A DNA stretch of 64,000 nt from positions 1 to 64,000 of the IMG/VR virus record IMGVR_UViG_3300008255_000003. The stretch is one strand, 5' to 3'. The stretch is from a virus. The notes under the pieces were generated by a model that did not search any database, was not told the DNA's origin, and was given only the letters and a program-made list of their open reading frames with translations. How positions within the stretch are numbered: position 1 is the first letter of the stretch; every line of letters begins with the position of its first letter. This document shows, one piece after another, positions 48,054 to 58,184 of this stretch. Position numbers and translations under genes: made by a program.

Positions 48054-48329
48054 ATGGATGGTCTTGACGCTATGGCGCGCGACGATGGTTCAATCATGCG
48101 CTGGATCGGCCCATTCTGGGTTGAGGTATCCTTTGGCTTTGAGGGTCTTGAGCGCTATTGGACTTTTAGAGTGTCATCGCGCAAGGGTGATTCTGACTAC
48201 ACCTGCCCTCATAGGTTTAAGACTAGGCGCCATGCGCTTGAGTCAGCGCAGGACTATGTGATGACGCTGGCGATCAGCGTGACACATGATCTCACTAAGT
48301 GGATGACAGAAACGCGTAACGCAAGATGA
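48054..48329 (+). CDS. Hypothetical protein
   Basis: GAGG RBS. Confidence 0.6.
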   Translation: MDGLDAMARDDGSIMRWIGPFWVEVSFGFEGLERYWTFRVSSRKGDSDYTCPHRFKTRRHALESAQDYVMTLAISVTHDLTKWMTETRNAR

Positions 48330-48619
48330 GAGGAGAGAACATGACTAGGGATAAGGTGCTGCTGTTCAAAGAGCGCATTCATAAGGATGTCGTTCTCACG
48401 GCCTGGGTTGACGGCGATGGTGCTTATACAGCGCAGCTTGCCGTTGGTAATGCCAGGATGCTTCATGCTCCATTGGTGTGTGGCAATGTTGACGTTAGGT
48501 CGGTCTTCCTCAACTGGTCTAGAGACATGCTAGGCTTCGCCTACGCGCTCCGAGATTCGATCTCAGATGAGATGGTCGATGAGGTTGTCAGTGCCGCAAC
48601 CAGCGAGCGGCTGCAATGA
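48326..48619 (+). CDS. ~100-aa paralogue 1 (DG.Y.A.L family)
   Basis: DGDGAYTAQL. Confidence 0.65.
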   Translation: MRGENMTRDKVLLFKERIHKDVVLTAWVDGDGAYTAQLAVGNARMLHAPLVCGNVDVRSVFLNWSRDMLGFAYALRDSISDEMVDEVVSAATSERLQ

Positions 48620-48662
48620 TCCTAATGCCCGCTTAACCAAACGATAAACAGAAGGTGCCTTT

Positions 48663-48974
48663 ATGAGTGACATGGAAAGCAAGAGTGTTGAGGTGGTTGT
48701 GATCGAGCGTCTTAAGCTTGGGGATGGCTTGGAGTTCATCCTTAAGTACGATGGCGACGGTGCTTACTACGCTTCATTAACCGGCCCAGAAGGCGCAGTG
48801 TCTGAAGCCCCGCCTATTACTGGCACGCCTGAATCAGTGGCGCTTCGTTCTGCTAAGACTTGGGCTTCATCGACCATCATGTTTGCGATGATGGTTGGCG
48901 GTAAACTCAGCACGGAGTCAATCCAGAGCGTCAGGATGCTTTGCTTTCACGCATCCTCACCAGAAGGAAGGTAG
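48663..48974 (+). CDS. ~100-aa paralogue 2
   Basis: DGDGAYYASL. Confidence 0.65.
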   Translation: MSDMESKSVEVVVIERLKLGDGLEFILKYDGDGAYYASLTGPEGAVSEAPPITGTPESVALRSAKTWASSTIMFAMMVGGKLSTESIQSVRMLCFHASSPEGR

Positions 48975-49277
48975 ATGCTAACTCTAGATCTCGTTAAATT
49001 CAAAGACATGGGCAACGGATTCAGGCTTCTTGTTTATAGACATAGCGATGGTGTCTATACGGCACAGCTAGTCATTGGCGAAGTTTGCATCAACTCACTC
49101 CCCACACCAGTCGTAGGGTTTGAGGATAAGATGTTGGCGTTCTTTGCAGAATGGGCGGCTGATACGATAAAACAGATCAGCCTGCTCTCAGACAAGGTGA
49201 CAAGCGAGGTTGTCCAGAAGGCGCGCGAAGCAGCTTTGGAGTGTGAGGCCGCCGTGAAGCCTTACACCTCGTTTTAA
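48975..49277 (+). CDS. ~100-aa paralogue 3
   Basis: HSDGVYTAQL. Confidence 0.65.
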   Translation: MLTLDLVKFKDMGNGFRLLVYRHSDGVYTAQLVIGEVCINSLPTPVVGFEDKMLAFFAEWAADTIKQISLLSDKVTSEVVQKAREAALECEAAVKPYTSF

Positions 49278-49341
49278 AACCCATCACAACCCAAACAGGG
49301 ATGCAACGGTTGCATCCCTGTTCATTCTTCAAGGTGAAGAT

Positions 49342-50265
49342 ATGACCGAAGTTATGCCAGTCCTGACGTTCGATGAGGTGAAAGAGACTTTAAGGCGCAT
49401 GGGGATCATCTTTCTAATCAATGAGGTCACGAAAGAGATCACGCTTGAGCTTACGGACACCAAGCTGTCATACGGATCTAATGGCGCCCTTGGTATAGAC
49501 TGCCCCTACTATGGCGCAGTTTATACCGTCGAACACAAGCCAGCCCTGGTATCTCAACTGCGTCGGGTTCAGCTCGTGCAGGAGGCGATAATTAACCGTG
49601 AGAATGTCAACTCCGACAGGATCAAGGAAGTCTTAGGGCACAGGGGCATCCACTTCGTCAAGGTGTTGGGCGGCTACGAGTCTGACGATCTTAAGATCGA
49701 CATGACGCGCTCGGTGCCTTTCGTGCAGATTGGTAATGACAGGCCGGAGGCGATCTTCACCGTGGATGTTTTCGAGCGAATGGTTGACGCTTGGCTTGCA
49801 GCTAAGGTGAGCAAGGTCGCTGACAGGCCGCTTAAGACCTACGATGAGGGTGAGATGATGGCCAGGATTCAAGCTCTCTTTGGGCCGCTTGTCGCGCAGT
49901 CTAAAGAGATGGGGTGCCCAGTGACGACGGCCCTTTATCTAAGTCAAGACACCTACTCCGTGTTCACCGATAGGGTTTCAGCCTTTGCCAAGTATCTAGG
50001 TGAAAGTAATGTCCTTAATATTGACCCTGGCAGTATCGAGGATTTCGCATCGGAGCACGTTCATATCATCATGGGGGCTGCCTTCATTGCTGGGCTGGAG
50101 CGGCTTTGTAGTATCGTCGGCGTCCAGCTTGATGATGAGTTCAAGTTGGACGCCTGCGAGGGTATGGAGCAGAACATTCTCGCGCTTTTCTCTGATGTCA
50201 TGGCTAAGAAGTGTCGCGATGCCGATGGGGCTGAGGGGGCTGATGCGCAGCTACCCCAAGCATAA
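49342..50265 (+). CDS. Hypothetical protein
   Basis: AGGTG RBS after dyad; 307 aa. Confidence 0.7.
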   Translation: MTEVMPVLTFDEVKETLRRMGIIFLINEVTKEITLELTDTKLSYGSNGALGIDCPYYGAVYTVEHKPALVSQLRRVQLVQEAIINRENVNSDRIKEVLGHRGIHFVKVLGGYESDDLKIDMTRSVPFVQIGNDRPEAIFTVDVFERMVDAWLAAKVSKVADRPLKTYDEGEMMARIQALFGPLVAQSKEMGCPVTTALYLSQDTYSVFTDRVSAFAKYLGESNVLNIDPGSIEDFASEHVHIIMGAAFIAGLERLCSIVGVQLDDEFKLDACEGMEQNILALFSDVMAKKCRDADGAEGADAQLPQA

Positions 50266-50355
50266 GCCTTTGACATCATGACGTTGGATGGCGGATAGCA
50301 CGTCATCGCTTGTTAAACAACCCGGCGTGTGCCGGATTTTCTTTGGAGGTGAGCT

Positions 50356-51006
50356 GTGAAGGGTAGACGCTTTGATCATTCTCTTGTGGATGATCTTATC
50401 AACGAAAGGGTCAGTCATGAGTATGTCATTGAGCATGGTGACAGGCTCTTCGTGGACTTTGAAGCCCTGGCCAGACTTGTAGGGCATTATGTTCCAGGCC
50501 TTGAGGTTGGCGAGGGCTTTATCCAGCGTCGGGAATGGAAGCGCGGCACTATCAGTGGTGATGAGGCTAAGGCGGTCATCTTCTACGATGCCTCTTACTT
50601 TGAAGACCTATCACCGTCTGCGCTTGAGTTCGGAATAGCTTACTGGGACTTTAAAGACGCCAACATGCTCTTCGGTCGCACCTGGCGTTGGGAGCCTCGT
50701 GACCCCATTGGTGCTCTCTTTAGGCGCTCGCATAGGATCTCTAAGAAGTGTGGATATGGCTCAATCCACTATGGGCGAAAAGGCATTGCGTCTTATCGGC
50801 CAGACTTCCCAAATAGTGAGATGGAAGGTCCGACCGATCGCAACCTCGATCACCTTGATAGCATCCTGCCTAGTGGCGCCGTCCACCTCATGAAGGCGCT
50901 CGGAAGGTTTAGGCCTAACGACTTATTTGTGAGCATCCTCAACGGAAGAAACCACCGTGCAGAAGATGATCTTTACATCTTTGAAAGCTGGGACTGGGAC
51001 AAATGA
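50356..51006 (+). CDS. Hypothetical protein
   Basis: GGAGGTG RBS, GTG start. Confidence 0.65.
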   Translation: MKGRRFDHSLVDDLINERVSHEYVIEHGDRLFVDFEALARLVGHYVPGLEVGEGFIQRREWKRGTISGDEAKAVIFYDASYFEDLSPSALEFGIAYWDFKDANMLFGRTWRWEPRDPIGALFRRSHRISKKCGYGSIHYGRKGIASYRPDFPNSEMEGPTDRNLDHLDSILPSGAVHLMKALGRFRPNDLFVSILNGRNHRAEDDLYIFESWDWDK

Positions 51007-51470
51007 GAGCACTTAGCTTAAAGAACCCTTGGGGTGAGATGATCGCAAAGAAGGGCAAGCGCATAGAGAACAGGACGTGGCCAGTGCCCGGCACCATTCT
51101 TATGCCTACTTGGATTGCCCTTCACTCGTCGAAGTCTCATAGCAGACGAGATGCCATTGAGCTTTACAAGGATGGTAAGACAAGCGGCATCACACACCCC
51201 TATCACGCGGGTCATATCTTCGCGGTTGCGCGCCTCATGTCGTGCAACCATATTGATGATGACATACTCAAGATCGGGGCTGCGCTCACACATCAGGAGT
51301 ATTGGACGCACGGGCCTTGGTGCTGGTATTTTAGCGAGGTGGTTGAGCTGCCAATGCCTATCGAAGTTAAGGGAGGTCTATCGCTTTGGCGTGTACCTGC
51401 AAGTGTAGGCTCCGAGATCACCGAGCAGATCGCAGAGCTTGGCCTTAATATCTTCAACTTTGCTGAATAG
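51003..51470 (+). CDS. ASCH domain protein
   Basis: MRALSLKNPWG.MI...GKRIENRTW...W.ALHSS...GGLSLW. Confidence 0.88.
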   Translation: MRALSLKNPWGEMIAKKGKRIENRTWPVPGTILMPTWIALHSSKSHSRRDAIELYKDGKTSGITHPYHAGHIFAVARLMSCNHIDDDILKIGAALTHQEYWTHGPWCWYFSEVVELPMPIEVKGGLSLWRVPASVGSEITEQIAELGLNIFNFAE

Positions 51471-51478
51471 GTGATGAC

Positions 51479-52315
51479 ATGGCTGATTATCAAATGCTGC
51501 TCTTGTATTACCATCACGATCTCATGTTCTTGGCCAGGGACACCGCGCGCTTCATGATGGCCAAGTGGCGCATAAGGGTCGATTTAGATCCCATTAATTC
51601 TGTGAATGGTATGTTCCAAGATCAGATGACAATGGTGTCTTTTGTGGCAGGCCTTCCGATGACGCCAAGGATGGAGCTTGAGCGCAAAGTCATTGGAGCC
51701 TTTAACAAGGTAGCCAAGCGGTTTGCCGTTCATGGCTGGTCCCCTGTCCTTAGAAACTTTCACAACTATGACGAAGCGCTTGAGGTGTTAAGGCGTTATA
51801 CCAAGGCCAGGTCATACGACATGCCCGAGCTTATGGAGACTCTTCTCACCTATCTTGAGATTGAGCGCGAGGCTATAGAGGCGCTTTGGGGTGATGGGTT
51901 AGAGATGCTCGCAGGTAGTATCCGCGAGGAGATTGATACACTAGGTGATCTTAAGAGTATCTGCATGGACGTTCTTGGTGGGCGAAGGTTTGCCAGCTTC
52001 AACCTGCTAGTCATAAATAACAAATGGCGCGGCGCAGTGGCTTTTCTGGCTGACTTGGTGGCTGTCATTGATCATGAGGCTGGTGAGGAGTATCTATCTG
52101 CTGACGACGCCATGAAGTGCTTGCAATATTGCGCGCTGATGGCCGCCGCGCTTGGTGGGCCTCGTGATGTGCTGGAGCTTGCCAAGGCGATGATTACTGA
52201 TGGATCTGTGGACTGGCCTTTTGTACCACCAAGTAATATGCGTGACTGTCAGTTTGCGGGTGTGAATAAGTTCATTGAGCTTTATGTGAATCGAGCTGGT
52301 GATACTTATTACTAG
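51479..52315 (+). CDS. Hypothetical helical protein
   Basis: AGGTG RBS; 278 aa. Confidence 0.7.
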   Translation: MADYQMLLLYYHHDLMFLARDTARFMMAKWRIRVDLDPINSVNGMFQDQMTMVSFVAGLPMTPRMELERKVIGAFNKVAKRFAVHGWSPVLRNFHNYDEALEVLRRYTKARSYDMPELMETLLTYLEIEREAIEALWGDGLEMLAGSIREEIDTLGDLKSICMDVLGGRRFASFNLLVINNKWRGAVAFLADLVAVIDHEAGEEYLSADDAMKCLQYCALMAAALGGPRDVLELAKAMITDGSVDWPFVPPSNMRDCQFAGVNKFIELYVNRAGDTYY

Positions 52316-52321
52316 GAGGCC

Positions 52322-52513
52322 ATACAGATAGGTGACGATCATCCATATCGACTTGGCGAAGCTTCAAGTGAAGCTATGGCAATCAGGGAGATCCTTAAGG
52401 CATTGCGAGATGCCGTTCTTGATGATGTGGATCGTATGCTATGCCTGATGCCCGACCTCGCCGATCCACCCCGAAGGACGATTCAGATCCTAAAGGCTAA
52501 GCGTCCAAAATAG
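52322..52513 (+). pseudogene. 63-codon ORF with AGGAGG RBS but ATA at the expected start
   Basis: AGGAGG-CC-ATA has the same geometry as AGGAGG-TC-ATG at 16570; frame open to TAG 52511-52513. Confidence 0.35.
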
Positions 52514-52652
52514 TGCCCCAAGAGTCGCAAAAACAGCCCTCATGCAACAGTTGCATTGGGGCTGTTTTTTGTGCTTTCCTGCACCATAATTAGCCCCTAA
52601 CATACAACATCCAGTGCCCACCAAACCCCAGAAACACTATATGGAGTGTGAC

Positions 52653-55367
52653 ATGAGTTCTCTTGATAATAAGTGCGGTTGGCGTCAAGTCTCTCACCAT
52701 GAAGACCCCTACGCTGACATTACTTTTGAGACTTCTGACGTGACGATTAAGGGCGGTAAGGACAAGCCTGACTTCGTGCAAAAGGGTGTGTCGTTCCCAT
52801 CCTTCTACAGCGAGACGTCGCGTAAGGTCGTGGCCAATAAATACTTCTACGGCACCAGGGGTTCTAGGGAGCGCGAGCACTCGATGGCTCATATCGTCGA
52901 TCGTGTGTCTGCCAAGCTTGCAACCTGGGGTGAGGAGCAGGGCTACTTCCCTGACGGTGATAGGCAGCGCGAAGAGTTCTTTAATACGCTTCGTTTCACA
53001 CTTATCAATCAGTACGCCGCCTTTAACTCACCAGTGTGGTTTAACCTGGGCACTCCAGAGCCGCAGCAAGCAAGCGCGTGTTTCATCAACTCGGTCGAGG
53101 ACTCGATTCAGTCGATCATCAACCTTGGCGCTACTGAGATGATGGTGTTTAAGGGCGGATCAGGGGCCGGTGTGAACGTCTCAAGGCTGCGCGGCAAGCA
53201 AGAGCCCCTTAAGGGTGGGGGCGTCTCTAGCGGTCCACTGAGCTTCATGAGGGCCTGGGATGAGGCGGCAGGATCAATCAAGTCAGGCGGCAAAACAAGG
53301 CGTGCGGCTAAGATGGTGGTGATGGACGTTGATCACCCTGACATTATGGAGTTCATCGCCTGTAAGGGTATTGAAGAGAAAAAGGCCCAAGCCCTTATCG
53401 CTGCTGGTTTCGATGGGAGCTTTGATGCTGAGAATGGCGCGTATGCAACCGTTGCATTCCAGAATGCCAATCACTCGGTGTGCATGTCTGATGAGTTCAT
53501 GGACGCAGTGGTCAACGATGATCACTTCAGGCTCGAATGGCGTACAGATCCTAGCAAGGCTGAGGTGGTCAAGGCTCGCAACATCATGTCTGCCGCATGT
53601 CAATCATGCTGGGAGTCGGGCGACCCTGGCGTCCAGTTTGGTGACACCATCAATAAGTGGCATACCTGCCCCAACGATGGCCGTATCGTGGCATCTAACC
53701 CATGCTCCGAGTATTTCCACCTCAATGACACGTCGTGCAACCTGGCCTCACTTAATCTTATGAGGTTCGTGATATTTGAGAACGGTCGCGCAGTGGGCTT
53801 TGATTTTGCTGCGTTTTACAATGCTAGCTATCTCATGGCCCTCGCCTTGGACATCATCATCGACAAGGCCCATTATCCAACTGAGCAGTTGGCAATCGAG
53901 ACTAAGAAGTCTCGCACCATAGGTTTAGGCTTTGCAAACCTTGGTGCTGTAATCATGGCTCTCGGCCTGCCTTATGGTTCTAAAGAGGCGTGCAGGCTCG
54001 CAGCCACGATCACCCATGTGATGAATGCAGCGGCCTACATTAGAAGTGCTAATACCTGCTTAGACCTTGAGCTTGCGCCATTCGAGCGACTTGATCGCAA
54101 CCGTGAGGCTATGTCTAACGTTCTTGGGATGCACGCTGAGGCATTTTTAACGCTTAGGGATGAGACGGATGACAAGCGTTTTGGCTTGGACTCCAATGTT
54201 ATCGACATGAGCTTGAGGGCTTTGTCGAACCTGTCAAGAAATGTGCGTAAGGGTGCCAATCTGCGCAACGCTCAAGCAACTGTTCTTGCCCCGACTGGCA
54301 CCATCTCATTCATGATGGGGTGCGACACTACTGGCGTTGAGCCTGTCCTTGGCCTTGTGAGCTACAAGCAGTTGGTTGGTGGAGGCTTCCTTAAGCTGAC
54401 ACTCGACTGCACCAGATCTGCGCTGCTCAACCTCGGCTACTCGCCCAGCGAGACTGAAGAGGCCCTTTGTCACATCGAAGACCACGACAGCCTTGATGGC
54501 TTTAAGCTCAAGCGTTCAACTGATGCTGAGGTGTTCAAGACATCATTCTCAACATCCCCAGAATATACTCTCGACTGGAAGGCTCATGTTGACATGATGG
54601 CAGCCTGTCAGCCTGCGCTTAGTGGTGCAATATCAAAGACGGTTAACATCAATGAAGATGCTACGCCGAAGGATATTGAGGACATCACCTTCTATTCTTG
54701 GCGCGCTGGGCTCAAGTCGGTGGCGATCTACCGTAACAACTGCAAGCAGTCACAGCCTCTCACGCTCAAGTCTAGTGGTGATAAGAATGTCGAAGATCCG
54801 ATCGAGTCCTTAAGGGAGCATGGTGTCTTAGTGCATGGCGAGCGCAGGAGGCTTGAGAAGACGCGCAAGAGCAGGACGCATACCTTCTCGATCGGCGGTC
54901 AGAAGGGCTACATCATCATTGGTGAGTATGAGGACGGCTCGCCTGGTGAGATCTTTATCAACTTTGCCAAGATGGGGTCTACAGCGCGCGGCTTTGTTGA
55001 CTCGTTCGCCATAGGTCTAAGCCTTGGCCTTCAATATGGGGTGCCGCTTGAGGTGTTCCATAACAAGTATCGCCACATGAGCTTTTCACCATCAGGCTTC
55101 ACGGACAACCCAGAGATCCGCAAGGCCAGCTCCATCCCCGATTACGTCTTGCGCTGGGTTGCGCAAGAGTATTTCAATGATGGTGCAGAAGAGCGTGACG
55201 AGGCCCAAGATGATCAGGTGGTGTCTGACATTGCCAAGATCAGGTCCAAGTCAAAGCTCAAGACAAGCGCCACTGGGGATCTGTGTTCTGTCTGTGGGGG
55301 TCAGTTAGTCCAGGCTGGAACGTGTCACACTTGCACTGAATGCGGCTCTTCTACGGGCTGCGGCTAG
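52653..55367 (+). CDS. nrdJ: Class II (adenosylcobalamin-dependent) ribonucleotide reductase with C-terminal TSCPD-like domain and Zn ribbon
   Basis: QASACFI, GGKTRRAAKM, ASNPCSEY, SCNLASLNL, LAPTGTIS..MGCDTTGVEP, ISKTVN; terminal CSVC...CTECG..GCG; start 52653 (GGAG RBS). Confidence 0.95.
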   Translation: MSSLDNKCGWRQVSHHEDPYADITFETSDVTIKGGKDKPDFVQKGVSFPSFYSETSRKVVANKYFYGTRGSREREHSMAHIVDRVSAKLATWGEEQGYFPDGDRQREEFFNTLRFTLINQYAAFNSPVWFNLGTPEPQQASACFINSVEDSIQSIINLGATEMMVFKGGSGAGVNVSRLRGKQEPLKGGGVSSGPLSFMRAWDEAAGSIKSGGKTRRAAKMVVMDVDHPDIMEFIACKGIEEKKAQALIAAGFDGSFDAENGAYATVAFQNANHSVCMSDEFMDAVVNDDHFRLEWRTDPSKAEVVKARNIMSAACQSCWESGDPGVQFGDTINKWHTCPNDGRIVASNPCSEYFHLNDTSCNLASLNLMRFVIFENGRAVGFDFAAFYNASYLMALALDIIIDKAHYPTEQLAIETKKSRTIGLGFANLGAVIMALGLPYGSKEACRLAATITHVMNAAAYIRSANTCLDLELAPFERLDRNREAMSNVLGMHAEAFLTLRDETDDKRFGLDSNVIDMSLRALSNLSRNVRKGANLRNAQATVLAPTGTISFMMGCDTTGVEPVLGLVSYKQLVGGGFLKLTLDCTRSALLNLGYSPSETEEALCHIEDHDSLDGFKLKRSTDAEVFKTSFSTSPEYTLDWKAHVDMMAACQPALSGAISKTVNINEDATPKDIEDITFYSWRAGLKSVAIYRNNCKQSQPLTLKSSGDKNVEDPIESLREHGVLVHGERRRLEKTRKSRTHTFSIGGQKGYIIIGEYEDGSPGEIFINFAKMGSTARGFVDSFAIGLSLGLQYGVPLEVFHNKYRHMSFSPSGFTDNPEIRKASSIPDYVLRWVAQEYFNDGAEERDEAQDDQVVSDIAKIRSKSKLKTSATGDLCSVCGGQLVQAGTCHTCTECGSSTGCG

Positions 55368-55384
55368 TCCTTAAGGCTCGCATG

Positions 55385-55420
55385 AAAAAAGGCTGCGCAT
55401 CAAAGCGCAGTCTTTTTTTG
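55385..55420 (+). terminator. Intrinsic terminator after nrdJ
   Basis: GGCTGCGC / GCGCAGTC stem plus T-run. Confidence 0.75.
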
Positions 55421-55430
55421 TTAATGCCTA

Positions 55431-55458
55431 TTGACATCATTTTCTAACTTTGCATAAT
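55431..55458 (+). promoter_or_regulatory. Sigma70-like promoter
   Basis: TTGACA-N16-CATAAT. Confidence 0.65.
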
Positions 55459-55502
55459 GCCTGTATGCCATGCGCGTTGCCTGGCAACTTTGGAGAAAAC
55501 AC

Positions 55503-55791
55503 ATAAGCTATAATCCCAAGCTTATTGAGCATCTTAAGGCCGGGAAGGTCTTCGACAGCGGACCTGATAAGGCCCGCTGTCGAAGACGAGTACGCTTGGA
55601 GCGTCAAAGCGCGCTGGGAGCTGCCAGCGCTCCAATATGGGGCAAGCGATGACGTCGACGAGGCAGTCAGCGCGGCGCTCCAGGCGTATAAGTGGATCGT
55701 TGAGGATCTTCTCAACCTTCTGATTCCCAACCCGGTCAATTCAGATATTGACGAGTCGGATCTCGTCTGGCCAGGATTCCCACGCAGGTAA
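55503..55791 (+). pseudogene. Probable decayed small gene (ATA start, frameshift)
   Basis: GGAG-N7-ATA opens (M)SYNPKLIEHLKAGKVF; the protein-like continuation DEYAWSVKARW...EAVSAALQAY is in another frame. Confidence 0.35.
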
Positions 55792-55960
55792 TGACCTAAA
55801 ACATGCAACGGTTGCATGTCTGACTTTGGAAGTTCTATGTGGCTTGATGTCATGATCGGCAATCTCTTGAACGAGCTTGCGTGTTGTTTGTCTTCGTGCA
55901 GACTGCTTGTGCTCGTGCTCTTGATCCTGGCCATTGAGCCAACGTCAAACAAGGTGGATA

Positions 55961-56566
55961 ATGAGCGTGAATGACTTGTACGGCACAATAAGGGCGCTGC
56001 CGCCTATCATGCGGCGGCATGGGGTCTATGTGGCTATATCTAACCACATGATCAATCATCCAGGGAGTCGAGAGCAGGTTTTAGCTGAGGTGGTGCCATA
56101 CGCGCGAGATCTTCTTAAGGATGATTACAGCCCAGCGCTTATCCATAGCGGTATGCCTTGCTATGACATAGATCTCCTTAAGCTGGGTATTGGCAACGTG
56201 TATAGCGAAGCAGATCAAGACGCTGATACGGATGATCCACAGCAAAGACTTGAGCACCTTAAGACGTTGGTGATCTTAAGGGACTCGTATGAGCTGACAC
56301 CAAGGGCTTTAAGGGGGATGGGGTTTGGGAAACACCTTAAGGCTTTAATGCTACCAGAGGGCGCAGATAAGCTTCATTATATGGAGAACATTCCCAGCAG
56401 GAATTTTAGTATCATGAATTGCAATGATTATTATCCTGCTGATGATGTGACGTTATTGGATAGCTTAATGCGTGAGAAGTACGGCTTCACAGATGAACAC
56501 AAAGAATACCTCCGCGAGTATGGTGAGAGGCTTGGCCTTAAACGTAACGAAGACTGGTTTGTGTAA
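55961..56566 (+). CDS. Hypothetical protein, paralogue of the next gene
   Basis: AAGGTGG RBS; LYG.IRAL...VY...V.PY..D....GIGNV. Confidence 0.7.
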   Translation: MSVNDLYGTIRALPPIMRRHGVYVAISNHMINHPGSREQVLAEVVPYARDLLKDDYSPALIHSGMPCYDIDLLKLGIGNVYSEADQDADTDDPQQRLEHLKTLVILRDSYELTPRALRGMGFGKHLKALMLPEGADKLHYMENIPSRNFSIMNCNDYYPADDVTLLDSLMREKYGFTDEHKEYLREYGERLGLKRNEDWFV

Positions 56567-57618
56567 TGAATAACCTTGATGTCCTATATGGAGAGCTAAG
56601 GGCTTTGAAGGGGTCGGGTAGCATGACTAGAAGCAAGGTCTACAAGATGCTATCCAAAGCCCTCCAGAGTCATCTTAGTGAGGATGAGTTTGAGGCGAAG
56701 GTGTTGCCTTATGTGCTAGATATGGTCAAGGGTGTCGATGACCCAACGCTCTTCATTGCTGGTGATAATTATCACTCCGAGCTGCTTGATAGGGTTGGGA
56801 TTGGGAATGTGATGGTGAGGGGGTTTGAGGGCGTCAACACTACTGGTCATGTGAGGCATGTTTTTCAAGGCATAGACTCACACGCCTTAGATCGGAGGGA
56901 GAGGTTCTTTCGTCAAGATTACGAGTATCGCATGCGTCTCCCATACACCTTCTGGGCTGAAGCTAATAAGTTGGATCACTTCGATGGGCCTGGAGCGCAG
57001 CCGATCAAGATGTCGGAGGGTGGCAGGGTAAGAGTCCTTCACGTCAATGACTTCGACCTCAGAGTCACCGTTGAGGCATCTACCTGCGATAGGGTTAGGT
57101 ACATTCATGCAAATTCTCTTGCTTTGAGTTGTGCTGATTTTAGCCCACTGCCGGGCCTTAAGTTCTTGAGTGTTGATGGCTCTTTTGACGTTGAGGTGGT
57201 TGGGCCTAAACATACTTGGGAATCGTCGGGATACCCTGGGAATAATTGGCAACCTAGAATGGTGCCCTTCTATCCAGTCACTATGGATATTGAGGTGTTG
57301 GAGATACCAACGCCTGATGACTTCTTGAGGCTACTTAGGAGGGGCATTCGTTTCCCTGATCTTAAGTTTATCTGCTTCACTAGGACGGATCATATCTGGG
57401 AGTCAGCTTTTAATGAAAGCATGGCCGTTGTCACCAAGAGCACTAAGGCTAAGCCCATACTTAGAAAATATGATACAGGGCGAAGATCTTGGGATGAGGA
57501 TCTAGAGGAGTATGGGAATGCTGTGGTGAAAATCCTTGAGATGGATGATGTTGATCTCGACCAACTCCTAACCACTGCTGACATGATCGTTCCTCACTAC
57601 CTGACGTATCTTAGATGA
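56566..57618 (+). CDS. Hypothetical protein with possible LRR-like C-terminal part
   Basis: Shares the N-domain with the previous gene; LPGLKFLSV, FPDLKFICF segments. Confidence 0.7.
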   Translation: MNNLDVLYGELRALKGSGSMTRSKVYKMLSKALQSHLSEDEFEAKVLPYVLDMVKGVDDPTLFIAGDNYHSELLDRVGIGNVMVRGFEGVNTTGHVRHVFQGIDSHALDRRERFFRQDYEYRMRLPYTFWAEANKLDHFDGPGAQPIKMSEGGRVRVLHVNDFDLRVTVEASTCDRVRYIHANSLALSCADFSPLPGLKFLSVDGSFDVEVVGPKHTWESSGYPGNNWQPRMVPFYPVTMDIEVLEIPTPDDFLRLLRRGIRFPDLKFICFTRTDHIWESAFNESMAVVTKSTKAKPILRKYDTGRRSWDEDLEEYGNAVVKILEMDDVDLDQLLTTADMIVPHYLTYLR

Positions 57619-58184
57619 AGAAAATAGACATGCTCAATGCTGGCGTAGAGCTTCTTGAGAGGTTCTGCGCCGCCAATGACATCCCTGCACCTATCCTTAT
57701 CACTGACCGTGAGGACTGGCCGTTTAGCGTGTGTGCTTTTTATCGGAGCGGCCACATCTTCATTAACCTTAAGAAGTGTTCAGGCATAGGCCGTGGAGGG
57801 CCTGCGTGGAGCTATCCTGGCCATTTGGTGGATAGGACGCCTTACGGTGTGCTCCAGCATGAGCTTGGCCACTACGTTGACGTGAGGCTGTCTGAGGTTA
57901 AAGCTCCATACTACGGGTCGCACAGCTTGAAGGTCATGGTGGAGTCTGGGGAGCCTGGCGTGACGACCTATACTCACAATCATGGCGAGTGGTGGGCGGA
58001 GGCCTTCCGGGTCTTTGTCACCAACCCTGATCTGCTTAATCGACTCAGACCTAGAACCTTTGATCTTATCCATGCTAGGCTTAAGCCAGTAGAGCTTAGA
58101 TCTTGGAGAGAAGTCCTTGAGGACGCCCCTGAGCGCACCATGAGCCTGTGCGAGTCCAGGGTTATTGAAGCGGCTCAAGCGTGA
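57615..58184 (+). CDS. Zincin-like metallopeptidase
   Basis: HELGH plus downstream EWWAEAFR. Confidence 0.7.
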   Translation: MKKIDMLNAGVELLERFCAANDIPAPILITDREDWPFSVCAFYRSGHIFINLKKCSGIGRGGPAWSYPGHLVDRTPYGVLQHELGHYVDVRLSEVKAPYYGSHSLKVMVESGEPGVTTYTHNHGEWWAEAFRVFVTNPDLLNRLRPRTFDLIHARLKPVELRSWREVLEDAPERTMSLCESRVIEAAQA

